Positions 1-12,769 of a stretch of 64,000 nucleotides of DNA are shown here, in pieces (positions within the stretch are counted from its first letter, which is position 1; every line of letters begins with the position of its first letter). The translations under genes and the position numbers were made by a program. The notes beneath the pieces are model-generated. The model saw nothing but the letters and a program-made list of their open reading frames with translations, searched no databases and was not told where the DNA came from. Source of the stretch: Ignavibacteria bacterium (GTDB taxonomy: Bacteria; Bacteroidota; Ignavibacteria; Tepidaquicellales; Tepidaquicellaceae); NCBI GenBank assembly GCA_049317745.1, contig JBMOHR010000002.1, forward strand, positions 9,997 to 73,996. Direction: 5' to 3'.

Positions 1-1009
1 CCCATTCATCATCAACTCTTACGTAATCAAGGTAAACTTCAACATTTCCCTCCCATTTTATTCTGTAGTCAACTTTTGAATTCGGTAATTCATCTTGATC
101 TGTGGGTTTTATTTCACCTGAAGTAACTATCAAATTTTTTGGTTGGTCAAAAATATCATAATAAATTTCAATATAGTCACCGTTATACGAGCCGTTATGA
201 ATAAAATTTCTTACCGTAATAGGATATGTTGCATTTGGCAATACATCACCATAAAAATTAACCACCTCCAAAGTAACAACAACTACATCAAGCATATTGG
301 GGTCCAAAGTTACACTTTGGGGTATTCTCATTCTTGGTTTTATGTACCACTTCCAATCACCGTTACCATTTTTATCATCGCTTATATAATAATCGACATC
401 TTTCTGAGTTACGTCGGTTTTTAAAAAATCTACTTGTTCAAGATTTTCGTACAAATCTTTGACTATATAGCCGGCACTATGTAATCCGGGAGTACAATAC
501 CTTCCCGAAACCGTTTCTGTGGGAAGAGTTTCGGTATACTCCGTTCCTGTAACTGTCCGGGGATTGTCTGGTTCTTTATTGGTATAGTAATAGCAGGGGA
601 ATTTATTCTGCCAGCCTAAAGGGTGCTCAGCGTTATACGTGCTCCTTTGCCCGTAAGCAGGACGAATAATCTTATTACGCTCGAATATTTTCCCGCTGTT
701 ATCAGGATATCCATATGCTATAGCGGAATTAATTTCAACTTTATAACTATCCAGGTTGTCCAGGAATCCTCCGTAAGTTACGACACTTTCGCCTCTCCAC
801 GTAAAACTATGATGGAAATTAATGTTTAAAAAGTCATAATATCCACTATGAGTTGTACATCGAACTGTTGGATGCTGCATCCAGTTAAATATCCCTATTG
901 AAAACTTGCTCTTAAAAGGGCTTACTTGTTGCGGGTAAGACTTTACTACTGAAAAAATTAAAAAAGCAAACACTAAGCTCACAAAAAAACTGTAATTGAA
1001 TCTTTTCAT
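1..1009 (-). CDS. Secreted hypothetical protein, C-terminus cut by the window edge (first ~336 aa present)
   Basis: Absent from the ORF track because no stop lies in the window. Reverse-complement reading from the ATG at 1009..1007 gives MKRFNYSFFVSLVFAFLIFSVVKSYPQQ... (signal-peptide-like) and stays open to position 2. No family recognised. Confidence 0.6.
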   Translation of the reverse strand, partial: MKRFNYSFFVSLVFAFLIFSVVKSYPQQVSPFKSKFSIGIFNWMQHPTVRCTTHSGYYDFLNINFHHSFTWRGESVVTYGGFLDNLDSYKVEINSAIAYGYPDNSGKIFERNKIIRPAYGQRSTYNAEHPLGWQNKFPCYYYTNKEPDNPRTVTGTEYTETLPTETVSGRYCTPGLHSAGYIVKDLYENLEQVDFLKTDVTQKDVDYYISDDKNGNGDWKWYIKPRMRIPQSVTLDPNMLDVVVVTLEVVNFYGDVLPNATYPITVRNFIHNGSYNGDYIEIYYDIFDQPKNLIVTSGEIKPTDQDELPNSKVDYRIKWEGNVEVYLDYVRVDDEW

Positions 1010-1163
1010 AAAAGAATCTCCTTTAATAATATTTTTAAAAAGTATATCTTATTTAATATAAAAGGGTCCGGACGTAATGCTCCTGTTTTCAGGAGTATTA
1101 TACTTGAAAATTAACTTTTGCCGGTTAACATAAGGTGTCTGTGCCCTTTTTATTTAATTATAA

Positions 1164-2435
1164 TTACTTTATCATCAACATTCTTTTTGTTTCAATGATT
1201 ATTCCATCTGCTAATAGGGAATAGAAATATACTCCGCTCGGTAAATTATCTGCATCAAATAAAACCTGATATGTTCCGGCTGTTTGTTTTTCATTTACTA
1301 ATGTTTTTATATTTCTGACAAGTATATCCATCACTTCGATTCTTACGTTTGAACTCTTTGGGATTATATATTTTATATTTGATGCTGCGTTAAACGGGTT
1401 CGGATAGTTCTGATATAGTTTATAATCTTTTGCTATCCGATCGTTATTTAATATTTTTGTGATAGTGCCGCCGCCGTTTGTTGTGTGAGATATAGTATTC
1501 CATGAGGTTTGTGCCCAGCCTGTTAGACTGTCAAAGAAACATAACTTTCCTGAACCATTTCCGGACACATTTTGTGTACCCCATAAATTACCACCATTCG
1601 AAGTTGCATAAATTTTTTGGAGACCTCCACATCCTATCCAACCTTTTCTTGGATTGGCAAAATAAATATCAAATGCGGGTTGGGAATATGGCAGGGTTTG
1701 TGTTCCCCAGTTATTACCACCGTTTGTTGTATATAAAACATAATTAAAATTATTATTACTGATTGTAGCCCAGCCTGTATCTGAATTAAGGAAAAATATA
1801 CTGCCTATTTCATTAGACGTTGGTAAATTCGGCATCTGCTGCCAATTCAATCCGCTGTTTGTTGTTTTATACCATTGAGGTCCATTGTATACTAATCCAA
1901 AATATTCACCGTTTACTTTTTCTTTAGAAAAAAATAGTTCCCCATAAGGTGACCAATTCGTTAATGTCATGATTAAATTTTTTGTTAATCCGCCGTCTGT
2001 TGTCCTCCAGATATAAGCCCAGGCACCATCGCCGCCGCAAATGATACCTGTATCACGATTGAAAAAATGTATGCTAAAATAAGAGGCATACATATTTAAA
2101 GAACTATCCCACGTTATTCCACAATTTGTAGTTTTATATAACATGCTATACGGCGAACGATGACCTGCACCATATATGCACATACTATCTACTATACTTA
2201 GTGAAGTAATGTAATAATTATTTAATATCTGCCAGTTATATCCTGCATTTGTAGTTTTGATAAATATAGGAGTAGAATTTGAAATGAATCCTGTGTTCTC
2301 ATTCACAAATTTCATATCAAAGAAAATACCTGTTGTAAAAGGAACACTCTGCTGAACCCAGTTCTGACAAAGGCAAGTGTCAATAGCAATTGTCAAATGC
2401 GTTATAAGCATAAGTATTAATATTATTTTTCTCAT
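1164..2435 (-). CDS. BNR/Ycf48-like beta-propeller protein with T9SS C-terminal sorting domain
   Basis: N-terminal signal peptide. Repeated TTNxGxNW-type Asp-box-like motifs (TTNAGYNW, TTNCGITW, TTNSGLNW, TTNGGNNW, TSNGGNLW). C-terminal ~85 aa begin YQNYPNPFN and end KRMLMIK, typical of a T9SS type-A CTD. Paralog of 49003..50316. Confidence 0.75.
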   Translation of the reverse strand: MRKIILILMLITHLTIAIDTCLCQNWVQQSVPFTTGIFFDMKFVNENTGFISNSTPIFIKTTNAGYNWQILNNYYITSLSIVDSMCIYGAGHRSPYSMLYKTTNCGITWDSSLNMYASYFSIHFFNRDTGIICGGDGAWAYIWRTTDGGLTKNLIMTLTNWSPYGELFFSKEKVNGEYFGLVYNGPQWYKTTNSGLNWQQMPNLPTSNEIGSIFFLNSDTGWATISNNNFNYVLYTTNGGNNWGTQTLPYSQPAFDIYFANPRKGWIGCGGLQKIYATSNGGNLWGTQNVSGNGSGKLCFFDSLTGWAQTSWNTISHTTNGGGTITKILNNDRIAKDYKLYQNYPNPFNAASNIKYIIPKSSNVRIEVMDILVRNIKTLVNEKQTAGTYQVLFDADNLPSGVYFYSLLADGIIIETKRMLMIK

Positions 2436-2926
2436 TTTAGAATTTAATAAAATTTATCATTATGATTAATATATGCTTTGTTAAATTATTGGTTATTAAT
2501 TGTTTTATAATTGTTCGACTATTAAGATGTGCGTTCTGCGTAGAAAAGCTTCGTAATATAAACTTTCTCATTAAAATATTCTTAGATATTTATACAAGAC
2601 TAATTAATAATAAATTACACTAAAATGTTTTTATATTCAAGATTATAATTAATTGGAGTATTATTTTTATTCAGAATTTATTCATTATAATATTATATTA
2701 AAAAAGGATGGAGTAATAAAAAATATTTGGGGGTTAGAGCAATTTATCTGAATTAAAGAAAGAGCATAAATCATTCACAATAATTCAATGAGTCATACGA
2801 GTCCTTAAATGCAGTATCAGCTTTTGAAGAATAATTTTCTCATTTCTTATCTGCTTTTTTCAAAGTTTTTCATCATTAATTTAAGTATTTTATAATCATT
2901 ATTAGATAAGAAAAACTATTGTAGAA

Positions 2927-3469
2927 ATGAGAATTAAAAAGGACATTACAGCAGCTATTGCTATTGATTTTCAGGAACGACTTTATCCTTTTATTCATGA
3001 TAATATAAATTTAACAAAGAACGCAGTTCGTTTGATTAAAGGGCTGAATATTCTTGGAATTAAATTTATTGTCACTGAACAATATTCAAAAGGATTAGGG
3101 CATACTATTCCGGAAATACGGGACGCTTTAGGTAATTACGAGCATATTGAAAAAGACACTTTCAGCAGTTGCGGTTCAAAAGAAGTATGCGATACTTTAA
3201 GTAAATCAGAAAAGAAGAATGTAATTGTAATCGGCATAGAATCACATGTTTGTGTATTACAGACCACCGTGGATTTAATTGCTATGGGATATCAGCCTGT
3301 ATTAATAGAAGATTGTGTTTCATCAAGGAGTTTAAATGATAAAGTTATAGCAATAGAGAGAATGCGGCAAGAAGGTGCTATTATATCCACTTACGAATCG
3401 ATATTATTTGAATTGTGCGAAGTATCCGGGAATGACATGTTCAAAGCAATTTCAAAAATCGTTAAATAA
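2927..3469 (+). CDS. Isochorismatase-family (cysteine) hydrolase
   Basis: 180 aa. AIDFQ near the N-terminus, TEQY...G, and VIGIESHVCVLQT (catalytic Cys context) match the isochorismatase-like hydrolase fold. Confidence 0.7.
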   Translation: MRIKKDITAAIAIDFQERLYPFIHDNINLTKNAVRLIKGLNILGIKFIVTEQYSKGLGHTIPEIRDALGNYEHIEKDTFSSCGSKEVCDTLSKSEKKNVIVIGIESHVCVLQTTVDLIAMGYQPVLIEDCVSSRSLNDKVIAIERMRQEGAIISTYESILFELCEVSGNDMFKAISKIVK

Positions 3470-3474
3470 CCATT

Positions 3475-4164
3475 TTGAATTATTTAAGATTAGTATTAAT
3501 AATAATATCGACAGTTATATTTTCTGCGCTTTCTATCTTATTCACTCCTTTGAATTTCTGGAAAGGGATTGGTACTTACTGGGCATATAAAGGTTTAGGC
3601 AGAGCACTACTTTTGATATGCGGAATTAAATTAACAACAGAATTAAAAGGTGATATTGAAAAGGATAAAGAATATATTTTTGTTTCAAATCATTTAAGTT
3701 ATCTGGATATTCCGGTTTTAATGGTATCGTTACCCAAGAACATCAGGTTTATTTATAAGAAATCGCTGACTAATATTCCGGTTTTCGGATGGGCATTATA
3801 TTTCGGCGGATATGTCCCGATTGACAGAAAGAATGCAAGGAGCGCAATAGGGTCATTAAAGAAAGCAGTAACACGATTTAAAAAATCAATCTCTATATTG
3901 ATTTTTCCGGAAGGGACACGAAGCATAACAGGAGAAACAGCTGAATTCAAGAAAGGGATATTTATGCTTGCTGAATTAGCTGAAGTTGAAATAATCCCGG
4001 TATCAATAATTGGCACTAATTTAATACTTAAGAAAGATAGTTTTAGTATTAAACCGGGGAAAGTAAAAGTAATAATAGAAGAACCGATTAAATTCGAGAA
4101 AGACAATCAGCTTTTGAACAAAATAAGGGATGTTATAGTAACGAACATAAATATGAACAGATAA
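3475..4164 (+). CDS. plsC: 1-acyl-sn-glycerol-3-phosphate acyltransferase
   Basis: N-terminal TM helix, HX4D acyltransferase motif (SNHLSYLD) and FPEGTRS motif. TTG start as listed in the ORF track. Confidence 0.85.
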   Translation: MNYLRLVLIIISTVIFSALSILFTPLNFWKGIGTYWAYKGLGRALLLICGIKLTTELKGDIEKDKEYIFVSNHLSYLDIPVLMVSLPKNIRFIYKKSLTNIPVFGWALYFGGYVPIDRKNARSAIGSLKKAVTRFKKSISILIFPEGTRSITGETAEFKKGIFMLAELAEVEIIPVSIIGTNLILKKDSFSIKPGKVKVIIEEPIKFEKDNQLLNKIRDVIVTNINMNR

Positions 4165-4168
4165 AACA

Positions 4169-6509
<2,341 letters not shown>

Positions 6510-6532
6510 TTATGTATAAATAATCATTCATT

Positions 6533-8968
6533 TTGAATATTACAGGATTAACATCAAACGAAGTACGGGATAGAATTAATAAAGGTTTAAGTAATCAATA
6601 TGCCTCTCATAAGACAAAAACCTATAATGAGATAATAATAGAGAATATTTTTTCGTTATTTAATCTCATTACTTTTAGCATAATTATATTTGTAATCATA
6701 TTTTATTTAAGGAATGATGACCAAAGATTATTACTGGATTCAATAGGTATTTTCTTTATAGCTTTCACTAATACAGCAATTGCACTCTTCCAGGAGTTTA
6801 AATCAAAAAAAGCACTAGACAAAGTAAACCTTTTACTTAAGAAAGAAGTAATTGTTTACAGAGACGGAAAGAGGCAGAATATTGACCAGACAGAGATAGT
6901 AGTGGATGATATTATTGAAGTGTTGAGAGGTGATCAAATTGTAGTTGATGGTATTATAGTTACTACAAAGAGGCTTGAAATAGATGAATCGTTATTGACT
7001 GGCGAGTCTGTACCGATTGAAAAATCCACAGGTGATACAGTTCTTTCTGGCAGTTTTTGTGTTTCAGGAAGCGGATGTTATAAGGCAGAGAAAGTCGGAA
7101 TAGAAAGTCATGCTAATAAGGTGACAAATTTAGCTAAGAAATTTAAGTTTTCTTTAACTCCGTTGCAGAAGAGAATAAATTTAATCCTTAAAATATTGTT
7201 TGGAATAGCACTTCTGCTTGTGTTGATAGAAATACTTGTTTACAATCTTGAATCTGTGCATACATATACCTTTGTTGAACACATAAGGAAGATTGCAACA
7301 ATACTGATATCATTGGTGCCTCAAGGACTGGTACTAACAGCCTCGGTTACTTTTGCAATCGGTGTTTATAGAATAAGTAAAATCGGAGCGATTGTACAGA
7401 AATTAAACGCTATTGAATCGTTTTCAAACGTTGAATACGTTTGTATGGACAAGACCGGTACATTAACCGAGAACAAATTAAAAGTTCATTCGATAAACTC
7501 TCTCGATTCAAGTATTTCCGATGACGTAATAAAAAAGTTGGTTGGTACTTTTGCTTTTCATTCAACCGAGCAAAATGCAACTATTAGAGCAATAGAAAAT
7601 CTTCCAAAGCATTCAGATGTTAAGTACGTAAACGAACTTCCATTCAGTTCAGAGATTAAAATGAGTATTCTTGAACTTGAGATAGATTCCAGAAAAAGAA
7701 TATTTATTTTTGGAGGATATGATGTATTATTCGACAGAATAGAAACAACAAAGAAGGATGAAGCCGCAGGGATTTACTTAGATAAAGGTTTAAACATCTA
7801 TAGAAATTTATTATTTGGTGAGGTTGAGAATATTGATTCATTAATCTCCTCTCCGGAAGAATTATCAGAGAAAATAATAATTAAACCATATTGCATTATT
7901 TCGATTACTGACACAATAAGAAAAGATGTTCTTGAAGCAATAAATCTTTTTAAAGATAATGGGATTAAATTTAAAATACTAACAGGAGATTCGCCCGAGG
8001 CAGTTAGTGCTATTTTGGAAGAAATTGGCTGGGACGTGAAAAATGATGAAATCATCACAGGGGTTCAACTGGACAATCTTGACGAAGATGGTTTTGCAGA
8101 CGTTATATTTTCAAAAACATTATTTGCAAGATTAAAACCTGAGCACAAATTAAGAATAATAAAAACCTTCAGAAAGCACAAGAAGCATACTGCGATGATA
8201 GGCGATGGAGTTAATGATTTACCTGCAATAAAACAAGCCGATATAGGAATAGCTATGGAAGAAGGAAGTGCTATAACAAAGGAAGTTGCTGATATTGTTT
8301 TATTAAAGAATAAGTTTTCTTTATTACCTGAAATTTTTAACGAAGGGAATAAGATTGTAAACTCAGTTAATGCAATATCGAAATTATTTTTAACAAAGAA
8401 TTTCCTTGTTATTTATTTGACACTGGCTTCATTACTATCTTTATTGGATTTCCCGTTAACTCCAAGAAGAGTTTCATTATTGAATGTCTTTAGTATCGGA
8501 TTACCTGCTTTTATAATAACATTAAAAAACAACAACATAAATAAATGTAAGAATTTCGTTAAAGACGTATTCTCGTTTGTTCTTACTTCTTCAACTTTAA
8601 TGCTATTAGGCAGTTATTTATCGCAGGTTGTAATATCAAAGTATATAGAAATACCTAAGCCGGAACTTGATATGGCTTTAATGACAGTTTTAATAATATT
8701 GTCAGTGGTTAATTTCTTTATTGTATCATCTGAATCGGGTGAAAGAAAGAATGTTTATTATATTTACGGTACTTTTTTAATTGTATTATTCGTATTTCTG
8801 GCAGGAGTAAATGTAGATACATATCTAATAAATCTACTAAGGACTTTTTATGAGATAATTTATTTGAACTTTAAAACTTGGATTTTAATATTTATATTAA
8901 CATTAATAATATCAACAATTTTAATCATTTTCCACAGAGTAAGAGAAAGGCTGGTAACAGACAAATAA
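6533..8968 (+). CDS. Cation-translocating P-type ATPase (HAD-IC type)
   Basis: TGES (LLTGESVPIEK), phosphorylation site CMDKTGTLT, TGD, GDGVNDLPAIKQADIGIAM. TM4 reads VPQGL rather than CPC, so it is not a heavy-metal P1B type. About 10 TM segments. Confidence 0.9.
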   Translation: MNITGLTSNEVRDRINKGLSNQYASHKTKTYNEIIIENIFSLFNLITFSIIIFVIIFYLRNDDQRLLLDSIGIFFIAFTNTAIALFQEFKSKKALDKVNLLLKKEVIVYRDGKRQNIDQTEIVVDDIIEVLRGDQIVVDGIIVTTKRLEIDESLLTGESVPIEKSTGDTVLSGSFCVSGSGCYKAEKVGIESHANKVTNLAKKFKFSLTPLQKRINLILKILFGIALLLVLIEILVYNLESVHTYTFVEHIRKIATILISLVPQGLVLTASVTFAIGVYRISKIGAIVQKLNAIESFSNVEYVCMDKTGTLTENKLKVHSINSLDSSISDDVIKKLVGTFAFHSTEQNATIRAIENLPKHSDVKYVNELPFSSEIKMSILELEIDSRKRIFIFGGYDVLFDRIETTKKDEAAGIYLDKGLNIYRNLLFGEVENIDSLISSPEELSEKIIIKPYCIISITDTIRKDVLEAINLFKDNGIKFKILTGDSPEAVSAILEEIGWDVKNDEIITGVQLDNLDEDGFADVIFSKTLFARLKPEHKLRIIKTFRKHKKHTAMIGDGVNDLPAIKQADIGIAMEEGSAITKEVADIVLLKNKFSLLPEIFNEGNKIVNSVNAISKLFLTKNFLVIYLTLASLLSLLDFPLTPRRVSLLNVFSIGLPAFIITLKNNNINKCKNFVKDVFSFVLTSSTLMLLGSYLSQVVISKYIEIPKPELDMALMTVLIILSVVNFFIVSSESGERKNVYYIYGTFLIVLFVFLAGVNVDTYLINLLRTFYEIIYLNFKTWILIFILTLIISTILIIFHRVRERLVTDK

Positions 8969-8969
8969 A

Positions 8970-10685
8970 ATGAAAGAATTCAGATGTATATTTGATCCAT
9001 TGCAGGAGTTAATGGAATATTATGGTAAGGAAAAAGGGGGAAAAAGGGCAGTATTAGCCGACAAGGATGTCTCAATTGAGGATAAGTTAAAAAACAGGAT
9101 TATTGATGGTGACAAAATCGGAGTTGAAAAGGATTTAGAGGTAGCGCTGAAAAAGTATACGGCATTACAGATTATAAATGACTTATTGTTAGATGGGATG
9201 AAAGTTGTGGGAGAATTGTTTGGTTCTGGCCAAATGCAGCTTCCGTTTGTATTACAGTCGGCTGAATGTATGAAGGCCTGTGTGGGATACCTGGAGCCAT
9301 ACATTGACAAGGTAGAAGGTGAATCAACAAAGGGAACGTTAGTACTTGCAACAGTTAAAGGTGACGTTCATGATATAGGAAAAAACTTAGTAGATATAAT
9401 ACTGACCAATAATGGATTTAATGTAATAAATTTAGGCATTAAATGCTCTTTGGAGACAATGCTGGAGTCCTATTCTGAAAATAAAGCGGATGCCATCGGG
9501 ATGAGCGGTTTATTAGTTAAGTCGACTGCAATAATGAAAGAGAATCTTGAGATAATGAATGACAGAGACATAATAGCACCGGTAATCCTTGGGGGAGCTG
9601 CTTTAAATAAAAGGTTTGTAGAAGGCGAATTACGGGAAATGTATAATGGCGATGTTTATTATGCTAATGATGCTTTTGACGGATTGAAATTTATGGATAC
9701 AATAATGGAATATAAGAAAAAGGGCGAAAGACCTAAACTCGATGTATATATTGACCCAAGAAGGATAGAAAATGTAACTGAACAACAAAGCGAAGAGGTT
9801 CTAATAAAGTCTAAGGTTGGCACTGATAATATTATCCCTGTACCTCCTTTCTGGGGATGCAAAATTGTGGAAGACATTCCGATTGAAAAAGCATTTGAAT
9901 ACATAAACGAGGTAGCATTATTCAGAGGTAGCTGGAATGTTTATAAGGACAGGAGTAAAGCCGATTCCGAATATGACAAGCTCATTCAGGAGGAAATAAT
10001 TCCTAAATTCAACGAATTAAAGCTACAAGCAAAACGGGAACAGTTACTAAAACCAAAAGTTATATACGGGTATTATCCCTGTAGATCGGATGGAAACAGT
10101 TTAATTATTTATAAGCCGAAGAATATGGCAGAGGATATGTTGTATAATGAATGGGGAGTTGACATCAATAATGTTGAGGCTGAACCCTGGGTAAGATTCA
10201 GTTTTCCAAGACAAAAATCAGAAAAGCACTTATGCATCAGTGATTTCTTCAGGACAGGAAACACTAAAGAGTTTGATGTAGTACCATTTATGATTGTCAC
10301 AGTTGGAGAAAAGGCAACGGAATATGCTCAGAAGTTATATGATAATAATCAATATCAGGATTATTTATATTTTCATGGATTATCAGTAGAAACAGCTGAG
10401 GGATTAGCCGAATACTGGCATATGATTGTTAGAAAAGAATTAGGTATAGATAATAAAGATTCAAAGGATATTAAGAAATTATTCCAGCAAGGTTATCAGG
10501 GTTCGCGATATTCATTCGGATACCCAGCTTGTCCAAATTTGGAGGACAATAAGTATATGTTTGAATTATTAAAACCTGAAAGGATTGGAATTACTTTAAC
10601 GGAAGAATGGCAAATGGTACCCGAACAAACCACAAACGCAATATTAGTACATCACCCCGAAGCAAGATACTTCTTTATCAAATAA
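8970..10685 (+). CDS. metH: Methionine synthase C-terminal half: B12-binding cap, cobalamin-binding domain and AdoMet reactivation domain only
   Basis: DGMKVVGELFGSGQMQLPFVLQSA (cap), ATVKGDVHDIGKN (DxHxxG B12 motif), MSGLL, GGA. The C-terminal activation domain ends GYPACPNLEDN. It aligns by eye to E. coli MetH from about residue 650 to the end. Hcy- and folate-binding domains are absent. Confidence 0.85.
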   Translation: MKEFRCIFDPLQELMEYYGKEKGGKRAVLADKDVSIEDKLKNRIIDGDKIGVEKDLEVALKKYTALQIINDLLLDGMKVVGELFGSGQMQLPFVLQSAECMKACVGYLEPYIDKVEGESTKGTLVLATVKGDVHDIGKNLVDIILTNNGFNVINLGIKCSLETMLESYSENKADAIGMSGLLVKSTAIMKENLEIMNDRDIIAPVILGGAALNKRFVEGELREMYNGDVYYANDAFDGLKFMDTIMEYKKKGERPKLDVYIDPRRIENVTEQQSEEVLIKSKVGTDNIIPVPPFWGCKIVEDIPIEKAFEYINEVALFRGSWNVYKDRSKADSEYDKLIQEEIIPKFNELKLQAKREQLLKPKVIYGYYPCRSDGNSLIIYKPKNMAEDMLYNEWGVDINNVEAEPWVRFSFPRQKSEKHLCISDFFRTGNTKEFDVVPFMIVTVGEKATEYAQKLYDNNQYQDYLYFHGLSVETAEGLAEYWHMIVRKELGIDNKDSKDIKKLFQQGYQGSRYSFGYPACPNLEDNKYMFELLKPERIGITLTEEWQMVPEQTTNAILVHHPEARYFFIK

Positions 10686-10716
10686 AAAGGGAGGTTCTAA
10701 AGAACCTCCCATAAAA
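10684..10716. terminator. Bidirectional intrinsic terminator between convergent metH-fragment and OMP genes
   Basis: Perfect 9-bp stem GGGAGGTTC (10689-10697) / GAACCTCCC (10702-10710) with a TAAA loop. An A-run lies upstream, so on the minus strand the hairpin is followed by TTTTT. Confidence 0.75.
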
Positions 10717-10734
10717 TCTATAGATATAATAATC

Positions 10735-11463
10735 TTATTTTGCTCTGTACGGTTTCACACCAGTATATAAATTAAATCCTAAATTTAACGATAATGTTCC
10801 AATACGTCTCCAATATCCAGGACCAGGAGTACCACTTCCATCATTTAATGTGCCAACGCCATTTGTTGTTCCCAGGATATTTGCAAGATTGTATACTACA
10901 CCGATAGATATACCTGTAGTTTGAGCTTTATCCAAAGTCCACTCATAACCGGAAGAGATTTGAAAACCTACTCTAAATGCAGGGTCAAATTGAAAAGCAG
11001 TAATAGTATTTTTTTGAGTAATATAATTAGCAGTAAAAGCAAAAGCAACAAATTGCTTATTTTTACATCTTGGATTAAAAGCATACTCATAACCTGCAGA
11101 ACCTGTATAGATAGTATAATTTGTATTTGGGTCAGCAGGGCTGAAATTAAAAATTGGAATTTCACCACTACCATCGTGTACCATTTTCTTGTAACTTGCA
11201 CCGAGAGCAATTCTGTGGTTTTTTCTGACTCCCAAACCAAATTTAGCATTTAATGTAAAACCCCTGCCCCATACCATACCATAGGTACCGGCAATAGTAG
11301 TTGCATTCGCTAAATCTGAACCATGTGCGTCATTTGTTGCAAGAACGCCGTCTAAACTTATACCTAAAACAGTACTTGGTGGAGTGTAACCCTGTGAGAA
11401 TGAATTGCTAACCCAAAACATGCCTATTAAAAGGCATACTACTAACAGTAATGATTTTTTCAT
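10735..11463 (-). CDS. Outer-membrane beta-barrel protein (hypothetical)
   Basis: Signal peptide, alternating hydrophobic beta-strand pattern rich in G/Y/T/N. Same architecture and shared local motifs as the tandem OMPs at 50342..52074. Confidence 0.55.
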   Translation of the reverse strand: MKKSLLLVVCLLIGMFWVSNSFSQGYTPPSTVLGISLDGVLATNDAHGSDLANATTIAGTYGMVWGRGFTLNAKFGLGVRKNHRIALGASYKKMVHDGSGEIPIFNFSPADPNTNYTIYTGSAGYEYAFNPRCKNKQFVAFAFTANYITQKNTITAFQFDPAFRVGFQISSGYEWTLDKAQTTGISIGVVYNLANILGTTNGVGTLNDGSGTPGPGYWRRIGTLSLNLGFNLYTGVKPYRAK

Positions 11464-11583
11464 AAATAATCCTCTTATTTTTATAAATTTATTCTATTTA
11501 GAATTAAAAATCAAGTTCTTTGTTCGTCATACATAAAAAATCTAAAAACTTAAATTACAATATTTAGATTCAAAATTCAGACA

Positions 11584-12762
11584 TTAACTATCGTAAAAGG
11601 TTCTAATACAATCAACAACAAAAACTATTTGCTCATTTGTCAATTCAGGATAGATTGGCAATGCAATAGTTTCATTTGAAGCAATATCAGAAATCGTAAA
11701 TTCGTCTGGAGAATATTCAAATTCCTTCATAATATCGGTAAAACATTCCTGCTTATGAAATGGGACCGGATAATATATTTCATTCCCAATTTCATTTTTA
11801 GTAAGAAACTCTCTTAATTTATCCCTTTCTTTAACTCTGATAATAAACTGGTTAAAGATATGATAATTTTTAAGTTTAAAACCATCGAATACTGCATCCG
11901 GGAGTAAAACTTTATCCAAACTGGAATACTCAGACATTCCCGGTTTTGAACTTAAGCCGTTTTTAACGAATAAGTCAATATACAGTTTTGCATTTTGCCT
12001 ACGTTTTTCTGACCAATTATCAAGATGGGGTAATTTCACATTTAAAACTGCTGCCTGAATAGTATCCAGCCTGAAATTTCCTCCTATAAATTTGTGATAG
12101 TACTTGGGTTTCGAACCATGAACTCTTAATATTTTCAGTCTTTCATAAAGTTGCTCGTCATTAGTAGTTACTATTCCACCGTCACCAAAGCAACCTAAGT
12201 TTTTACTCGGGAAGAAAGAAAAACACCCAATATCACCGATAGTTCCTACATATTTTCCGTCCTTATATTGAGCGCCGATTGCCTGAGCGCCATCTTCAAT
12301 TACTTTGAGATTATGCTTTTTAGCAATCTTTAATATTTCATCCATATCAGCTGACTGACCATATAAGTGAACAGGGATAATTGCTTTAGTTTTAGATGTA
12401 ATTCTTTTTTCGATTTTACTTACATCTATGTTAAAAGTATGAATATCAGAATCAATAAACACGGGTTTTGCATTAAGCCTGGAGACAACCCCTGCAGTAG
12501 CAAAAAATGAATAATCAGGGATAATTACTTCATCATCCGGTTTGATGCCTATCGCCATTAATGCAACAAGAAGTGCATCCGTTCCCGATGAAACGCCAAC
12601 AGCATATTTACAATTAAGGTAGCTGCAAATACTTTTCTCAAGTTTTTCAACTTCCGGTCCCAAGATAAAATACTGAGATTCTGCAGTTCTAATTAGTGCC
12701 TCATTGAGTTCTTCTTTGATTGTATTATACTGGGCTTTGAGATCTAAAAGTGGGACTTTCAT
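11584..12762 (-). CDS. DegT/DnrJ/EryC1/StrS-family PLP-dependent sugar aminotransferase (WbpE/WlbC-like)
   Basis: [11 protein letters not shown]-terminus, [15 protein letters not shown], and a SFFPSKNLG lysine motif typical of the family. The WbpB/WbpD-like neighbours support the call. Confidence 0.85.
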   Translation of the reverse strand: MKVPLLDLKAQYNTIKEELNEALIRTAESQYFILGPEVEKLEKSICSYLNCKYAVGVSSGTDALLVALMAIGIKPDDEVIIPDYSFFATAGVVSRLNAKPVFIDSDIHTFNIDVSKIEKRITSKTKAIIPVHLYGQSADMDEILKIAKKHNLKVIEDGAQAIGAQYKDGKYVGTIGDIGCFSFFPSKNLGCFGDGGIVTTNDEQLYERLKILRVHGSKPKYYHKFIGGNFRLDTIQAAVLNVKLPHLDNWSEKRRQNAKLYIDLFVKNGLSSKPGMSEYSSLDKVLLPDAVFDGFKLKNYHIFNQFIIRVKERDKLREFLTKNEIGNEIYYPVPFHKQECFTDIMKEFEYSPDEFTISDIASNETIALPIYPELTNEQIVFVVDCIRTFYDS

Positions 12763-12769
12763 TTTAAAA

